Shown piece by piece: positions 22,101 through 36,040 of a stretch of DNA of 64,000 nucleotides. Each line of letters opens with the position of its first letter. Within the stretch, counting starts at the first letter, position 1. The notes under the pieces were generated by a model. It was not told the origin of the DNA. It made no database searches and worked only from the letters and a program-made list of their open reading frames with translations. Source of the stretch: Rhina ancylostomus (Eukaryota); the NCBI GenBank assembly GCA_030265395.1, contig JARFYF010000017.1, positions 16,169,326 to 16,233,325 on the forward strand. Reading direction: 5' to 3'. The translations under genes and the position numbers were made by a program.

Positions 22101-25100
22101 GCTAGCATGCCAATTCTTTCATATTGTTAGAAACATCAGGATTAAAATTTAAGGCAGTTTCTCTCCTATCTGTATGTGGAACATTTTGACATCAAAACCA
22201 AAAACCAGCAGCAAGGGACACAGTGGTAGTAATGGTCTTGGTCAGAGGTTTGGAACTCATACACCAATGCATTACATAAACCTAGCATAATAATTTAAAG
22301 CAATGCACTATTGTTGGAAGTGCAAATTTTTGGTGAAGATAATAAAACCAAAGTCTCATCATACTTGGGTGGACATAATAGCATTTACAGTGTTGTTTGA
22401 AGAAAAATAGGTTTGATATCCTCATTAAACTACTTAGCAGACTATCTTGCCATTTATTCCACTGATGTTTATTGGAGCCTCGTGTCCAAATTGTTCACAA
22501 CCTTTCCCTACAATAACTTTAATAACTATCCATCAAAAGCACTTTTTGTCGGTGCACCATTTTAGCATGACCCAAGGTCATGAAAGGCACCATAAATACA
22601 AGTTTTTCTGTCACCAGCCACATACAGAAAAGGTCATACCAGCTCAGAGTCAACCACCTACACAGAACTAGAGAACAGCGCATGTAATGCTTGCAAATAC
22701 CCAAGGAGTTATGCACTAAGTTATGCTATCTCATTCTCTCACTGTCCACAAAGCTCACTGGAGCATCAAGGTAGTCTGCTCTATTTTTGCCTAAGGCCTT
22801 TAGAAATTAATAGTCTATGGTCTCAAAAATCACATTCTTTCTCATTTTATAATTCATCATCTCATTAGGTCCCTGTATCATACACTTCTGTCTTCTGAGA
22901 GGGCAGGAATTGTATTGTATAGATACACTTTCATTAGCTGCTGACAATGCTACAGTTTGAACTGAATTACCAGATACTTGGAAGCACTCTCATTGCTTCT
23001 CTTTTTGTAAAGAAATACATGGTATGTTTTCTTAAGATGATTAATAATTTTGTAACTTACAAAGCATATCAAACAAAGATTTTTGACATATATATTCAAC
23101 TATATTTGTGGTCAGATCTTATATGTGCACCATCATTCTTCATTTGGTGAGACTTTGGAATTTTTTTAGAATAAAATTAAACAGATATTCTAGCAATTCT
23201 GAATATGGTAAAAACATTTAAGGTATGATGGAGTTCAAATGAATAAATATTATGGCTGCTGGTGGGATATAAGGAAAAAAGAATTAATTTCTAACATATT
23301 CACTGAGACATTATTGCATTATGCAGATTATTTTTGCCCAATAATTTTTTTGGAACATGAAAGGCGATTAGGCCTAGGTATCAATTCATTTAACATTGAG
23401 CTGTCCCAACCACAACTCCTTGCCCCATTCTCCCTCCACAGATGCTTTTTAATTGTCCTGCTGTCCTACTTTGATTCCTGGTCCACCAATGACTTCATTT
23501 AAAAATGTTCAGATACCTTCAAGGACTCACTTCTCCCTTTCTCTGTAATCCCTCTGACCCTTCACCTTCCAGGATCTTTGCATTCCTCCAATTCTACTGT
23601 CTTGAGTATCCCTAATTTTCATTCCTCCATCTTGGACAGACTTTTGGCTGCCTAGTTCCTAAACTCAGGAGTTCCCTCCCTACACCCACCCCCCTCCCTA
23701 TATTTCCTTCTTAGAGAAACTTCATAAAAGCTACCCCAGCTGTCTATGGATATCTGCATGGGATTTGGTATTAAATCCTGTTTGAAAATTGCTTCCATAA
23801 TCATCTTGGGATGCTTTATTACATTAAAGGAATTGTAACTTATTGTCATTAAATCATTATCTATATACTGCTGCAGCATTACATTAGTTCATAACTATTA
23901 TTTTCCAGATGAAATCTTTCCAACTGATTTCTCCTCTCAGTCCAAGGTTCCTAATTACTAACTCATCTCTCCTGATTGTAACCTAAATATATTTTATTAA
24001 ATCCTTCATGCTTCCAGTCAGTCACCTCCAGAGTGTTTTCCAAGGCAAATAAATTTATCCTCTTTCACCTTTCCTCACACCTGTATTGCTGATGCAGAAA
24101 ATCATCCAATTGATTTTGTTCAGCAAAATGTCAGTGAGCATGGCTAACTTGAAGTACTTTCACTGGATACAGTACAGGTTTCTCTGTATGAGTCATGCTA
24201 TTGATAATCCAATGCACATCATTTTTATAGGATGTAAAAAGTAACTGTTCAACATTTTCAAAGATCAAAGTCACAATGTTGTCACTAAAAAGGAAAATCT
24301 CCTAATTTTTATTTTACCACTACAGCACTGAGTTCAACTTTTAAAATTCACTTTCTCTTATTAACAAAATCATACATGCTTTATTTACTTCTAGTATTGT
24401 CTTTTTGTTCAGAACAAGTAGTTTTATCAATTACTTGATTAACATTCAGATTGTTTAATGCCTTTGCAGATTTTGCTCTGGGCTCATTACCGATCATGCC
24501 TAGGGCTTTTTTTAAAATAATCTTTTATGAGCAGTTAATTGATTAAAGGAATCCCTGCAAAACTAGGAAAAATAGAATTGGTCACTTCTTGTCACAGTAT
24601 GTGATTGGAAATCCTGTTCCTTTTGATTTGGCTGCAAAATAAATAGGCTTCGGGAGCAAATGGTAGCATATGCCATATTAAACTGAGGCAGAAACACAAA
24701 GCAAACAGCGCAGAAGCTGCTTTCACTTGAGCATGGCAGACAAGGAAAGCAAGACAAAAATTATGAATGAGGTTATTTTGCAATTGCACTGAATACTACA
24801 ATAGAAATTAAAGTAACAAGATTATTTCGGTTACTGATCTACTTAAACCATATTTTGGGTTGTGGCAACTTTACTTATTTTAAATCTTAAGTTCCTCTCT
24901 GGTCTTCATGTGCTTTATTAACCTTAATTTCCAAGCACGTATCCATCTGATTTTTAAACCCAACAATTCATTGAACGTCTATATTCTTCTGGGACAACAT
25001 TTTCACAATTCTTTTGAAAAATTCTTTAGACGTTCAGTTTAAAACTGCTTATTTCAAATTTGAGATATGCAAATGCATTTTCATATCTCGTTGAAGAGTT

Positions 25101-26799
25101 TTTTTTATTTCTTAATAAAACAAGTTTTCACAAGGTTTCCTGCTGGGGTGAGATGCTTTGCTCCTTTAAACTGATGGAACATCAGCATTTGAATTTCCAG
25201 CTAGTGCCTCTATTTCTGAAAAGATAAATTCAATACACTGTGAGAAAAGCTTTAAGCCTGCAGCACAAAATCACATCTGAAATACAGATGTCTCTTTCAA
25301 CATATCCCAAACTCTTAGGCATCTGCTATATTCAATAATTTTTCTTTATGTTCTGTCAGTATATTCCACATTCAATTTGTATGAATAAACATCACTCCAA
25401 ATGATCCAGAAAATGGGATTAATCTCTCGAGATATGTCATTCACAGCAAGACTCTTGCCTTTCAATAAGCAACTAATATGTCATGTTGACAGTATGCCAA
25501 CACAGATTCCTGATACATCTGTTGTACAATACGGCTGACAAGCTTAATCATTAAGTACCCTGTGCTGTCTGCATAGTATAAGTAAAATCGAGGAGTTATT
25601 TAAACTGAGAAGATAAAGTCATTTAACTTCTACATGTATCCTTTAGATAGCCTTCTCATTGTAGGTACTGGCCCTTGAAAATGATTTTAATGCAACCCAT
25701 ATAATATTGTTGAGGTCCCCACTGAGTGCTTCTCTCTCCAGGTACAGCTCGACCCACAGTAATTGTCTTTACCCCATGATAATGAGGCATGTCCTGTGAA
25801 AGTCTGTCACTAGATCGACAACACAAAATCCACATTGATTTCCAGATGACAAAATGAGTTTGATTTCAATTGAGTTTTATTCCATGGAGGTCAATTAGTC
25901 AGTGCAATCCCCAAAGCCAAAAGCATCAGCCATGTCTCAGGATACACTTACCGCATCACACACGTTGGGTAATTGGAATTCTTTGTATGGTAAAATGGGG
26001 TTTCCAATTAGTAGCCTCACAATAAATTCTTGTTACTCTCCTTTGGATATTCACTAGTTTTGATTTTCATTCTTTTCAGATTTTTGGAATTTTTCCTGTC
26101 AACCACGTGAATTGTTTCTTAAATTACAATAATAAGGTTGAGGAGAATGGAGTTCATTGTTAAACTTTGCTTTAAATTCTGAAGAAGTTATACAACTTCA
26201 TGTGGATTACTGTACAATCAGAATGAATACAGTCTTTTTGCATTGTATCATCCAATCAAATTAAACAATTCCCATGCAAGGTTAATGTAAAATATCAATT
26301 TTGATTTATTTAACTCAATGAAGGACTGAATAACAGATTTGTAACAGTGCAATTATGACTTTGTCATCATTTCATTGCATCAAAAAAGCTAAAAGTGGGA
26401 GCAAAAATAAGAATCAAGTTAATGTTAGCTAATTAATGCATAATACATTCTTTTAACCTTCTACTATTTTAATGGATGTGTACTTCCAATTAATGTTTCA
26501 TTAAATTCCCGTTATTATTAAGATAGTTAATATCTCCACAGGGATATCTGGGAAGTAATGAGAGAACATTCAAGAGCTTGCCTTCTAATAGCTAACATCT
26601 GAACAGTAATCCATGAATTTTCAGTCTAGGTGAATGCTGGAGATGTGAAGCCCAGGACAATGCCCTGAGGAACTCCTTCTGTGATATCTTAGGTTAAATG
26701 TTTCCTTGAAGTCATTTTATCACTGGAATTCAGCGGTATTGTCCATGGTGCACCAAGAGATTTGGAACTAAGTAATGCCAGCAGAATCAAAGCGACCCA

Positions 26800-27140
26800 G
26801 TTATTAGAGTACAGTCATACAGCAAGGAAGCACATCCTTGAGTCCATCAAGTCCACACCAATCTTTGAGCACCCATTTACACTAATCCGGCACAAATCCC
26901 ATCTTTATTCTCTCCACATTCCCGTCAACTCACCCCAGAATCTCTCACTTACCTGCACGTTTGGGGCAATTCACAGTGGCCAATTAACCTCCCAACTTGT
27001 ACATCCTTGGGATGTGGGAGGAAACTCATGCAGTCACAGGGACAATGTGCAAACTCCACACAGACAGCACCAGAGATCAGACTGAACCTGAGTCAATGAA
27101 CTGTGATGTGGCAGCTCTACCAGCTACATTGTGCCACTCA
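26800..27140 (-). mobile_element. V-domain SINE, decayed
   Basis: GGGATGTGGGAGGAAAC...ACAGGGACAATGTGCAAACTCCACACAGACAGCACC is the reverse of the SINE core. Confidence 0.7.
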
Positions 27141-27928
27141 CTGTTGACTGCACCTCCATCTCCGCCAGTGATTAAGAAAACTGATTAGTGAGAATAGGCT
27201 AAATTGAATTCTTGCTGCTTTTTGTGGACAGGACCCAGTGAAGTAATGTCCTGCTTTGTAAGGAAGATGCCAGTATTATAGTTGCATTGGAATAGCTTGG
27301 TCAAAGATACAGCTAGTTCTGGAACATAATCCTGAACACTACAGCCAGAATATCAGCACAGCACATAGTCTTCCCCAAATACGCCACACTCAGTGGTTTC
27401 TTGATTTCCTATATCTGAAGAGCAATCGGAGCTGCAAATGCTAAGAGAACTTCCTGCTGTTCTATAAGTGCAAAATCCTTAATGTTCACCTAACATGACA
27501 GATAGGATCTTGGTTTAATGTTTCCTCCAAAAGATTGCCTCATTCTGATTTCTTCAGAATTGTGCTGATGTTTTAGCACAGACTATATGCTTATTTTTCT
27601 GAACCCAAGTCTTTGATTTATCAGCAAGAATACTATTACAGAGCTGTCTCGAGTTTAGTAGGCAGCTTCTGGCTATGATTTGCAACAAACCAAATGTTTG
27701 CCACCATCCTCTAAATATTAATAATGGAAGTCCTAATCAGTAATAAGTTTTTTCATATAATATTCAAGATAAATAAATAATATTCAAGATTTATCAGATA
27801 ATAAGTGAAAAGGGAGCAAAACTTTGAATTAATGATATTCATAATCTATGAACTGCTGTTCAGATATATTTAAATGATATATTTTTTATTACTAATAAGT
27901 ATTTCTTTTTTTTGCATTTTGTCTGCAG

Positions 27929-28729
27929 GATAAATGTTCCCAGAGGTGCTATAACATGTTTATAATAGAAACCATCTGTGTAGCCTGGTTCTCCTTGGAG
28001 TTTGTGTTACGTTTTATCCAGGCACGAAGTAAGTGGCAGTTTCTGAGAGGACCTTTGAACATTATTGACATATTGGCAATTCTACCATATTATGTTTCGC
28101 TTTTGGTTGACAAAGGACCTGGGGACAGCTATAGATCTTCAGGAAGCAACATCTATTTGGAAAAATTGGGGCTAGTGCTCCGAATATTACGGGCCTTGAG
28201 AATCCTGTATGTCATGCGCCTTACCAGGCACTCTCTGGGGCTTCAGACGTTGGGTCTTACTGTGCAGCGCAGCATTCGTGAGTTTGGACTCCTTCTTCTT
28301 TTCCTCTGCGTGTCTGTCACTTTATTTGCACCGCTTGTATATCTTGCAGAGAATAAGACTGAGAAAGGAGGAGACTTCAGCAGTATTCCTGCTTCCTATT
28401 GGTGGGCTATCATTTCCATGACAACAGTCGGATATGGCGACNNNNNNNNNNNNNGTATTCCTGGTCAGGTGGTGGCTCTGAGTAGCATCCTCAGTGGGAT
28501 CCTAATAATGGCATTTCCGGCAACATCTATTTTCCACGCATTTTCCCGTGCATATCTGGAGCTAAAGCAAGAGCAAGAGAGGGCCCAGGCCCGGCTGAAG
28601 TGCATCGAAAAAGCAGCAAAGCACTCAGAGAATGAAGGCTTAAATGGCACAAACAATTTTGTTTCTGTAGACCCACAATGTTCCAATGAATTTATTGGTA
28701 AACAGGAAAAATCTTTCAATTACTTGTAA
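27929..28729 (+). CDS. KCNG4: Kv6.4 coding exon 2 (S2-S6, pore, C-terminus); spliced protein about 517 aa
   Basis: Polypyrimidine acceptor TTTTGTCTGCAG|GAT at 27928/27929 is in phase 0. Motifs ETICVAWFSLEF, GPLNIIDILA, S4 LRILRALRILYVMRL, IPASYWWAIISMTTVGYGD and S6 GILIMAFPATSIF. The 13-N gap plus GT equals the 15 nt expected for MVPRS. Stop TAA at 28727-28729. Confidence 0.95.
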   Translation, partial: DKCSQRCYNMFIIETICVAWFSLEFVLRFIQARSKWQFLRGPLNIIDILAILPYYVSLLVDKGPGDSYRSSGSNIYLEKLGLVLRILRALRILYVMRLTRHSLGLQTLGLTVQRSIREFGLLLLFLCVSVTLFAPLVYLAENKTEKGGDFSSIPASYWWAIISMTTVGYGDXXXXXIPGQVVALSSILSGILIMAFPATSIFHAFSRAYLELKQEQERAQARLKCIEKAAKHSENEGLNGTNNFVSVDPQCSNEFIGKQEKSFNYL

Positions 28730-31429
28730 TTTAATGGATTGATTCATTACTGCTTCTTACTTGTGCTGAATTACAAGGAATGTACAGCACAACAACAGGC
28801 TATTCACCCAAATAACCTGTGTTGGTGATTATGCTCTACACAAATCTTCTCCCATTCCATCTACCTCATCTCAGGCTTTAAGGATATCTTTCTTTTCTCT
28901 TTTCTCTCCTGTGCTTATCTACTTCCCTTCTGAATGCATCTGAGCTCTCTAACACTCCTTATGATAGTGATTTCCATATGCCAACCTCTTCTTAAGTTAA
29001 AACATTGTCCCTTATTTTCCAATTGGAATTATTAGATACCATCTTGTACTTATGGCCCCTGGTTTTGGATTCTTCCATGGAAAATATTGGGGGCAATATT
29101 AATCCTCTACCTTGCATCAGTTTTAGTGGGTTGAGAACTTAAAATGTTAAAAAAACTGTAACAGGAATCCAATTCGCTTAAAAACTGCTCCCTTCCTGTT
29201 AAATAGAATGGTGGAAGAGGTAGGCAACCAATCCTCACCCTGGAAGAAGGTCATGTGATTAACCTTTTACGGAAACACAGTGCTTCCATTTGTTTAAAAA
29301 AAATGTACCTTTAATTCATGTTGGGCAGAATTTCTGGGGCTTGAGAAATCTAGCAGATAAGAGAAGAGCCAAACCAACAGGAGAGAGGCTTTCCAGCACA
29401 TGCCTAATGGATCTGAAGAAGGACCAAACGTGTTTAAGTCCAACAAGATTAATCTGTGAATCACTGCAATATTTCCAACAACCGTATGCTATTTGCTTGA
29501 ATCCTATCTTGAGAACTATCTGTACCCTACCTAGTACTGCCCCACCCCTCAACAACAAGCTCCTCAAAATCAACACATCTACTATCAGAAGTAATTTCTC
29601 CTGTGGCCAAAATATTCAACCCTCTGAGATCCCTCACAAGAAATGTACAGTGATCTCTCTTGCTTACCATTCTCTTCAGCCCCCCCACTCACAACCACCG
29701 GCTCCATCCTTAACTGTCATCTTCTGCCAAACGTTATCTCCAGCCCAAGGGACAATCTCTCTCATCCTCACTGCCTAACTCCCCTCCTTGGGATCTCTTC
29801 CACATCTGCTAAATGGTCTTGGCAGCATCACTCCCTTCCTCAATGCCTACTCCTCCATCCAATGCGTAGCAAGCTCATCAATCATCCAGGTTGCCAGCCA
29901 GAAAATCTGGACAAATAACTTGAAAGGCATCCTTCAGTTAACAACAGCAGGACATTCAAGAAACTCATCCATCAGTGGTTCCCTTCATAACACCTTGTGG
30001 CTGAAATCCTTCCAATGTCACCCCTCAGGAGGTGCAGCCCTATAAATATCAAGGCCATTTCCTCCTCATCTAACCTTCTAACTTTAACCCCTGCCCCATC
30101 CCCACTCTATTAGGTCTCTCTTATGTCTTTGGTTTCTAAAGAAAAACTTCCCAACCTGTTCAGTCTTTCATGATAGTTGTAATCTCTCAGTTTGGTATAT
30201 CCTTGTAAATGTTTTCTCCAATGCCTCTATGTCCTTTTAATGAAAGGGAGACCAAAAAATGAGCAGATTAAGTATGCCCAGAATCTTAAATCTTTAACAT
30301 CCTTACAGCTTTTGAATTCTATAAGAAATAACTGCCTTTGCAAGGTTAACATTCCTTAATTGCTTGGCTGACCTCCAATACTGCATTCAATGATTTGCTC
30401 CCTGAGATTTCTGGATCTTTTTATTCTTCTAACTGATTTGGTTTTCTATTTTCTGAGGGGTAGGCCACATTTCTGTTTGTACCACTAAAACGCGCCACCT
30501 CACATCTGTTAAGGTCCATTTGTCACTGCCCAGTCTGTAGGTCTTCTAATGTCTCCTTGTATTATATTGCATTTTGCAGTGCCCCATAATTGGCTTGCTT
30601 GTTTTTGGCTTTTAGTGAAATACTTTTTCTTGAGTTGCAGATTACCCTTTTGAAGATTTCCTGCTGCTTTCTGTCTCCTTGACTTTCAAGGATTTGTCTG
30701 TTTACTTTCTTTAATCCATTCACATTTCCTCATACCTTGCTCTTTTCAATCTATCCTTAGATTGTGCCTTATTTATGTCAATCCAAATTTTGAATCTTAT
30801 GATGTTGTTATCACTACCACTGAGATATTTGCCTATTCTAACTTATGCTATCTGTTCTGCTTCATTAACCATTATAATATCCCATACCAATTCCCTTCTT
30901 GTTGGACTTTTATATTTAGTGAGAAAGGCCTCAAGTACATAGGGCTACCTGAAAATCAGATGGCACTGAAATACGTACATTATAAAGTCAGTTCTTGATG
31001 AGTCAATGAATATTTTGTTTGTAGGGCAGCAACAGGAAATTTAAAATCCATGGAATTGTGACTTTGAACAGGCCTTGCAAAATCAAGGGCTTTTTCTTCT
31101 TGTGCTCCATCACTAGGGAGTGTTCAAAGGTGAGCAGGTTTGTCTGGGATCAGCAATTTGTGGAGCAAAGAGGATGGTTGTCAAGGATAGTGGGCATGTG
31201 GTGGGGAATAGGTCAGTAGTCAGGGGATTGTTAATAGGTGATAGGTGATGCCATATTTGGTTCAGATCAGCAGATCAAAGGGTGGGAAGCTCACGTGGGG
31301 GCAGCATGCTGGGAAGAGGAACCACCACCAGGGTTTGTAGTTGAGATGGCAACTGTTGTGATGTCCTTGAACAGTAGGTTCTCAGCACCAACCCCTCAAT
31401 GCTAATACAGACCTCAGCAGAGCTGTTAG

Positions 31430-31792
31430 GGACCAGAAAACAAACTGCTGGAGGATCAAGCAGCATCCATGGAGGTAAAGGGATAGTCAATGTTTCAGGT
31501 GGAGACTGAGAGCATAGAAGGGAGATAGCCAGTGTAAAGAGGTGAAAGGGAGATGTGAGGCAGGGGCTGGCAGGTGATAGGTGGAACCAGGTGAGGAGAC
31601 AAATGATGGACAGGTGGAGCCAGTGGGGTGAGGGCGAGGGGTGGAGTCATGAGACAGTGGCTGGTGGGTGATAGAGACAGATAAGGAAAGAGGAAAGAAA
31701 AGGGGGCAGATGGAGTCAGATGAGGGGAGAGGCTAGAGACAGAGGCCTGAACATGATGTGGAAACATGGGGGTGTAGATGCTGGAATCTGAT
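31430..31792. mobile_element. Penelope-like repeat fragment (purine-rich body, truncated hammerhead end)
   Basis: CTGCTGGAGGATCAAGCAGCATCCATGGAGG...AGTCAATGTTTCAGGT, a GA-rich body, then GATGCTGGAATCTG. Confidence 0.55.
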
Positions 31793-33372
31793 CCCTAAAG
31801 GACTGTTCTGTTAAAGTGCATGCATGAATGAAATTATGCCATTGGTACCTAGGAGTTGAAGCCACTGCACTTGCCAGGGTTCCTCTGTGCATAGATCAGA
31901 TGAATGGAGAATGAAACTGCAGAGCCTGCAATTTGCAGTCACACTCCCACTTCCATTTTCATTCTATTTTTCATTGATATTGGGTCAAATGGTGCAAAAA
32001 TCATAGTATTATGTAATTTGTTTTTACACAGCCATAAAATACCTCCTAGGCTGTCAACTCCACAAGTTACTCCTCACTGTTCACTTCTATCCCTGTCTTC
32101 TCTCCTTGCTTTCACTGTTTGGCTTCCGCTGCCTCTAATGGTTGATGTGCTTTAATTCCAACTACAATTTAACTGCTGGATTAAACTGGCCCTGCCCACA
32201 AACTGACCATGCCTGTTTACAGCTTCCTCAGTGAGTGCTGGAACTTTCACAAATTTGGTAAACAAATTTCTGAACATTGACACTATACTTCCGTACTGGA
32301 CTTCATCAAAAGACTCAAATACTGTCTCTCTCTTCTGATGGTCTTTGAACTTCCCTCCCCTACCACTTTTAGGCCCATGATTGTTTATTCAGCTATGGAT
32401 GCAATATAGAATCCGGCTAGAATTTCTCACTTCTGCAGTACATTTCTCTGTTGTACGTGAGCTCTAACTTCACCACAGTATTTCTTCTTCCCTGCAGCAA
32501 TAATGCAGCTTTCCTTCAATCCCACAGTACATCCATCAGTTCTCCACCCTTCCCTCAGCTGCTTCCCTTTCTCACCAAGCTTGGACAACACGGTTAATGT
32601 CCTTGATCAATACCAACTGACCACTGACTTTAAATCTGGATTCCATTCCACTACTTCCTTTCTATTCCCTGTTCATAGGTTAAGTGGACATATATTCATT
32701 AAGTTGTCTACTCATGTATCCATTTTGACTGCTGATCTATACCGAGCATCACTCTTACTCGCATTCCTTTTTAAAATTATTTTTGCCCCTCTCTGATTCT
32801 TCTGTTATCATGACTGCTGTTATCACTCTTCTCTTTGGCCACCCAACCCAAAACTGAATCCCAGTCCCAGGTCACTCTTACCCTTCCTACTTTTCAGCCA
32901 TAATTCCAGGATTGATAGTATAAGTGTATAACTTTGCTCTGTGACCCCCCCTCACGTGCTTCAAAGGGAACTCATTCTCTCCATTTTATGTGAAGTAATC
33001 GCAACTGCCTCATCCTATTCTTTTGCCAACCTTGCTGCCCAGAATTCCAACAAGGGGCTAATCTTCCTAATCTCCATCCCAGCCAAATCGCCCTCCCTAT
33101 GTTGATCCAGAGAACTTGTCAGTGGATCAACCATCATCTTCTGCGTCCATACCTCCATTAGAATCTCCATTCTTTGGCAAATAAGGCCCTTCCTATCCAA
33201 GAGCTTATTATAGATTGCAGCCACATCATTTCCTNNNNNNNNNNNNNNNNNNNNNNNNNNNNNNNNNNNNNNNNNNNNNNNNNNNNNNNNNNNNNNNNNN
33301 NNNNNNNNNNNNNNNNNNNNNNNNNNNNNNNNNNNNNNNNNNNNNNNNNNNNNNNNNNNNNNNNNNNNNNNN

Positions 33373-33560
33373 GCCCTTTCATTCCGGGAACCATCCTCGT
33401 GAATCTCCTCTGAACACTCTCCATCAGCAGCACATCCTTCCTAAGAAAAAGGGCCCAGAACTGCACACAATACTCCAAATGAGGCCTCACCAGTGCCCCA
33501 TAGAACTTCATCAACACTTCCTTACTTTTAAACACTATACCTCTCGAAATGAATGCCAAC
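33373..33560 (-). mobile_element. CR1-type LINE fragment
   Basis: LAFISRGIVFKSKEV...ALVRPHLEYCVQFW...ESVQRRFTRMVPGMKG. Confidence 0.85.
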
Positions 33561-35724
33561 AAGATCCCATGACATTGTTTGGGAAAGTTATCTCTGGAGA
33601 CATAGACAATATTTATTCCTGATTCAACATTACTAAAGCAAATTATCTGGTTATTATCCTATTGCTATTAGCGGGAACTTAGTTTTACAAAATTGGCTGA
33701 AATATTTCCTATAATACAGCAGTGCTACATCCAAAATCACTTCTGTAAATTGCTTCAGAACATCCTGATAAACATATAGTAGCATTTTATAAATCTTTTA
33801 CAAAATTCTTTTCTAAATGGAATGGAATAGGAAAACAGGACCTATTATGTGACCTATTTAGTTGTATCAGCATTGAAAAGGTGTCTTTATCCTTCAGCTT
33901 TACTGTTGCTTAAAATTAAAAATGAATTCAGAAAGTAAGTGGAGAAATTCCTTTAACTATGCAGCATGGTGCTGAACTCAGATGGAACTGAGAACTAAAG
34001 GTGACCTTGGAGTCCTGGTGTAAAACAACTCCTGTTGCAGTTTAACTGTATTCTGAAGCAATCCATCTGAATGATACACTAAAAGCTGTAACTCTATCTG
34101 CAGTTACAAAGGGGTTGAGTATTTGAACTGGACCTTCCTCATTAAGAACCAATTTCTTTAGTGGTTCCACTTCTTTTTCCAGATTATTTTCTTACTAATG
34201 TAACCTCAGTTTCCAGTACTGTACTGTTATTAGCTGCTTTGTTTTTTATTTAGTATACTCATTACCCTTCTTTGAAAAAGAGCATTGATAAAATAGTCTT
34301 TAAAAAACAGTTCTGCAGCAGCACCAATGTATTGCTCCAAATTAAAATTTAGTTCTCCCCTTTCCTATATTTAGTGACAGTGAATCAAGGCCAATTAACT
34401 TGCCAGCTCAACAACTGCCTTTAGAATTACTTTCCATCAAACGAGATGATAATTTACAATTTACACAATGTTGCTTAATCAAGGTATCTCCAAGAGTTTG
34501 TAGTTATTCTTTATTAAATTAAGAGTTGATCTGAGTCATTAATTTCCATCTGTCGTGTAATAGGAAGCAATTAGCAATCTTTGCTCACTGGCGATGCACT
34601 GTAGCTCAATACTTCCCACACAGAACAAGATCAACAGAACTATCACATTCACAGGCAGGAAACAACTGCTTATTTTTGATACTTAAGTAATGTAAACTCA
34701 TGCCAGGAGTTGTGAGAATACACCATTCCAGACCATGAAGGGGCATGTTTTCTGTATAGCTAAAAGAGCCAACAATTAATGTCTTTTGGAATGCACTGGC
34801 ATGGTAAAACTGAAAATTTCAGGTTGTTACTTCCTAAGAACGATAATAATTGTGGAGACTATTGCACAACTAGAAGCAGCATTATTGTAGTAGATCCTCT
34901 GTGGCATCATGGCTTGTATTAATCACAGCCCTACAGTGGAGTCAGTCATTCATTGCTAGCTCACCAAATCTGCCTGGCACTGGAAAGAAATCATTGATGT
35001 AATGCTAACAGTGCTATTATGTGCTGCAAGGATATAAAGTGTTTAAAAACAGAGGAGTGGCTGTTACTATTGAATGACAAAAGGACATTTGTTGTATTTA
35101 CTTCTAGAACCTTGCCTCAGCAGGATCAATACCTTTAAGGCATTCAGAGAAAATTTAAAGGCTCCAACCTCCGGCTCCTCCCACTTAACCCTGCGCCTGG
35201 CACCCCCACACCTGCCTTTCTACCACCTCCCAAACCCTCTTAAGGGTCCTTATAATCTCTGGCTGGCATTTCTGGTCTCTTTGGCAGGGGTTTCTGCAGA
35301 TGTGTTCTCAATCTGTCAGAGATTCTTCTCGTCGGTCCCCTTGAAGCAATGACCTTAGTTGAGGTCAGTGGCAGAGCTACCAGCTGCTAAGAGTGGACCC
35401 TGAGGGATATCCATGCTCTGATGTGTAGTCCAAGTGGTTGCACATATCAAGCACAATAATTTTGCCCTGAGCAATTTTAATGAGCATTAAATTTGTTTCT
35501 GTTGATTGATAAAAAAAAAAGTAGCTACTGGCAGGACTAGCAGACAGAAATAATGGATCTGTTGGCTGCCCAGAGTACTAGTTGTATCCTGGAACATAGA
35601 GCACATTTTAAAATCACAGCAGACGCAAGCAGAACTGGAAAAGGGAAATATAAATGGAAATTAATTCTGAAATTCAAGCTGCCAACTCATGTTTGTCAGC
35701 TACATAAAGAGAGAGGTATTTAAA

Positions 35725-36040
35725 AGAAACAAAGGACTGCAGATGCTGGAATCTGGATGAAAAACACAATGATGCTGGAGGAATTCAGCAGGCCAGGCAG
35801 CNNNNNNNNNNNNNNNNNNNNNNNNNNNNNNNNNNNNNNNNNNNNNNNNNNNNNNNNNNNNNNNNNNNNNNNNNNNNNNNNNNNNNNNNNNNNNNNNNNN
35901 NTGATGCTGGAGGAATTCAGCAGGCCAGGCAGCATCCGTGGAGAAAAGCAGGCAGTCAACGTTTCAGGTCCTGAAGAAGGGTCCTGCTTTTTTCCACAGA
36001 TGCTGCCTGGCCTGCTGAGCTCCTCCAGCATCATAGTGTT
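35725..36040. mobile_element. Penelope-like inverted-repeat element with fused half-hammerheads at its centre
   Basis: GACTGCAGATGCTGGAATCTGG left end and inverted arms. The centre AGTCAACGTTTCAGGTCCTGAAGAAGGGTC combines GAAACGTTGACT (-) with CTGAAGA-AGGGT (+). Confidence 0.7.

Noticed and set aside
28442-28454. N run just after the GYGD selectivity filter, suggesting a pseudogene
   Set aside because: The gap length keeps the frame and fits MVPRS, so it is missing data rather than a lesion.
35770-35933. 32-bp direct repeat across a 100-N gap (also CGAGAGAGATTAAG across 20075-20174)
   Set aside because: Identical sequence on both sides of a fixed-size gap is most simply an unmerged contig overlap.
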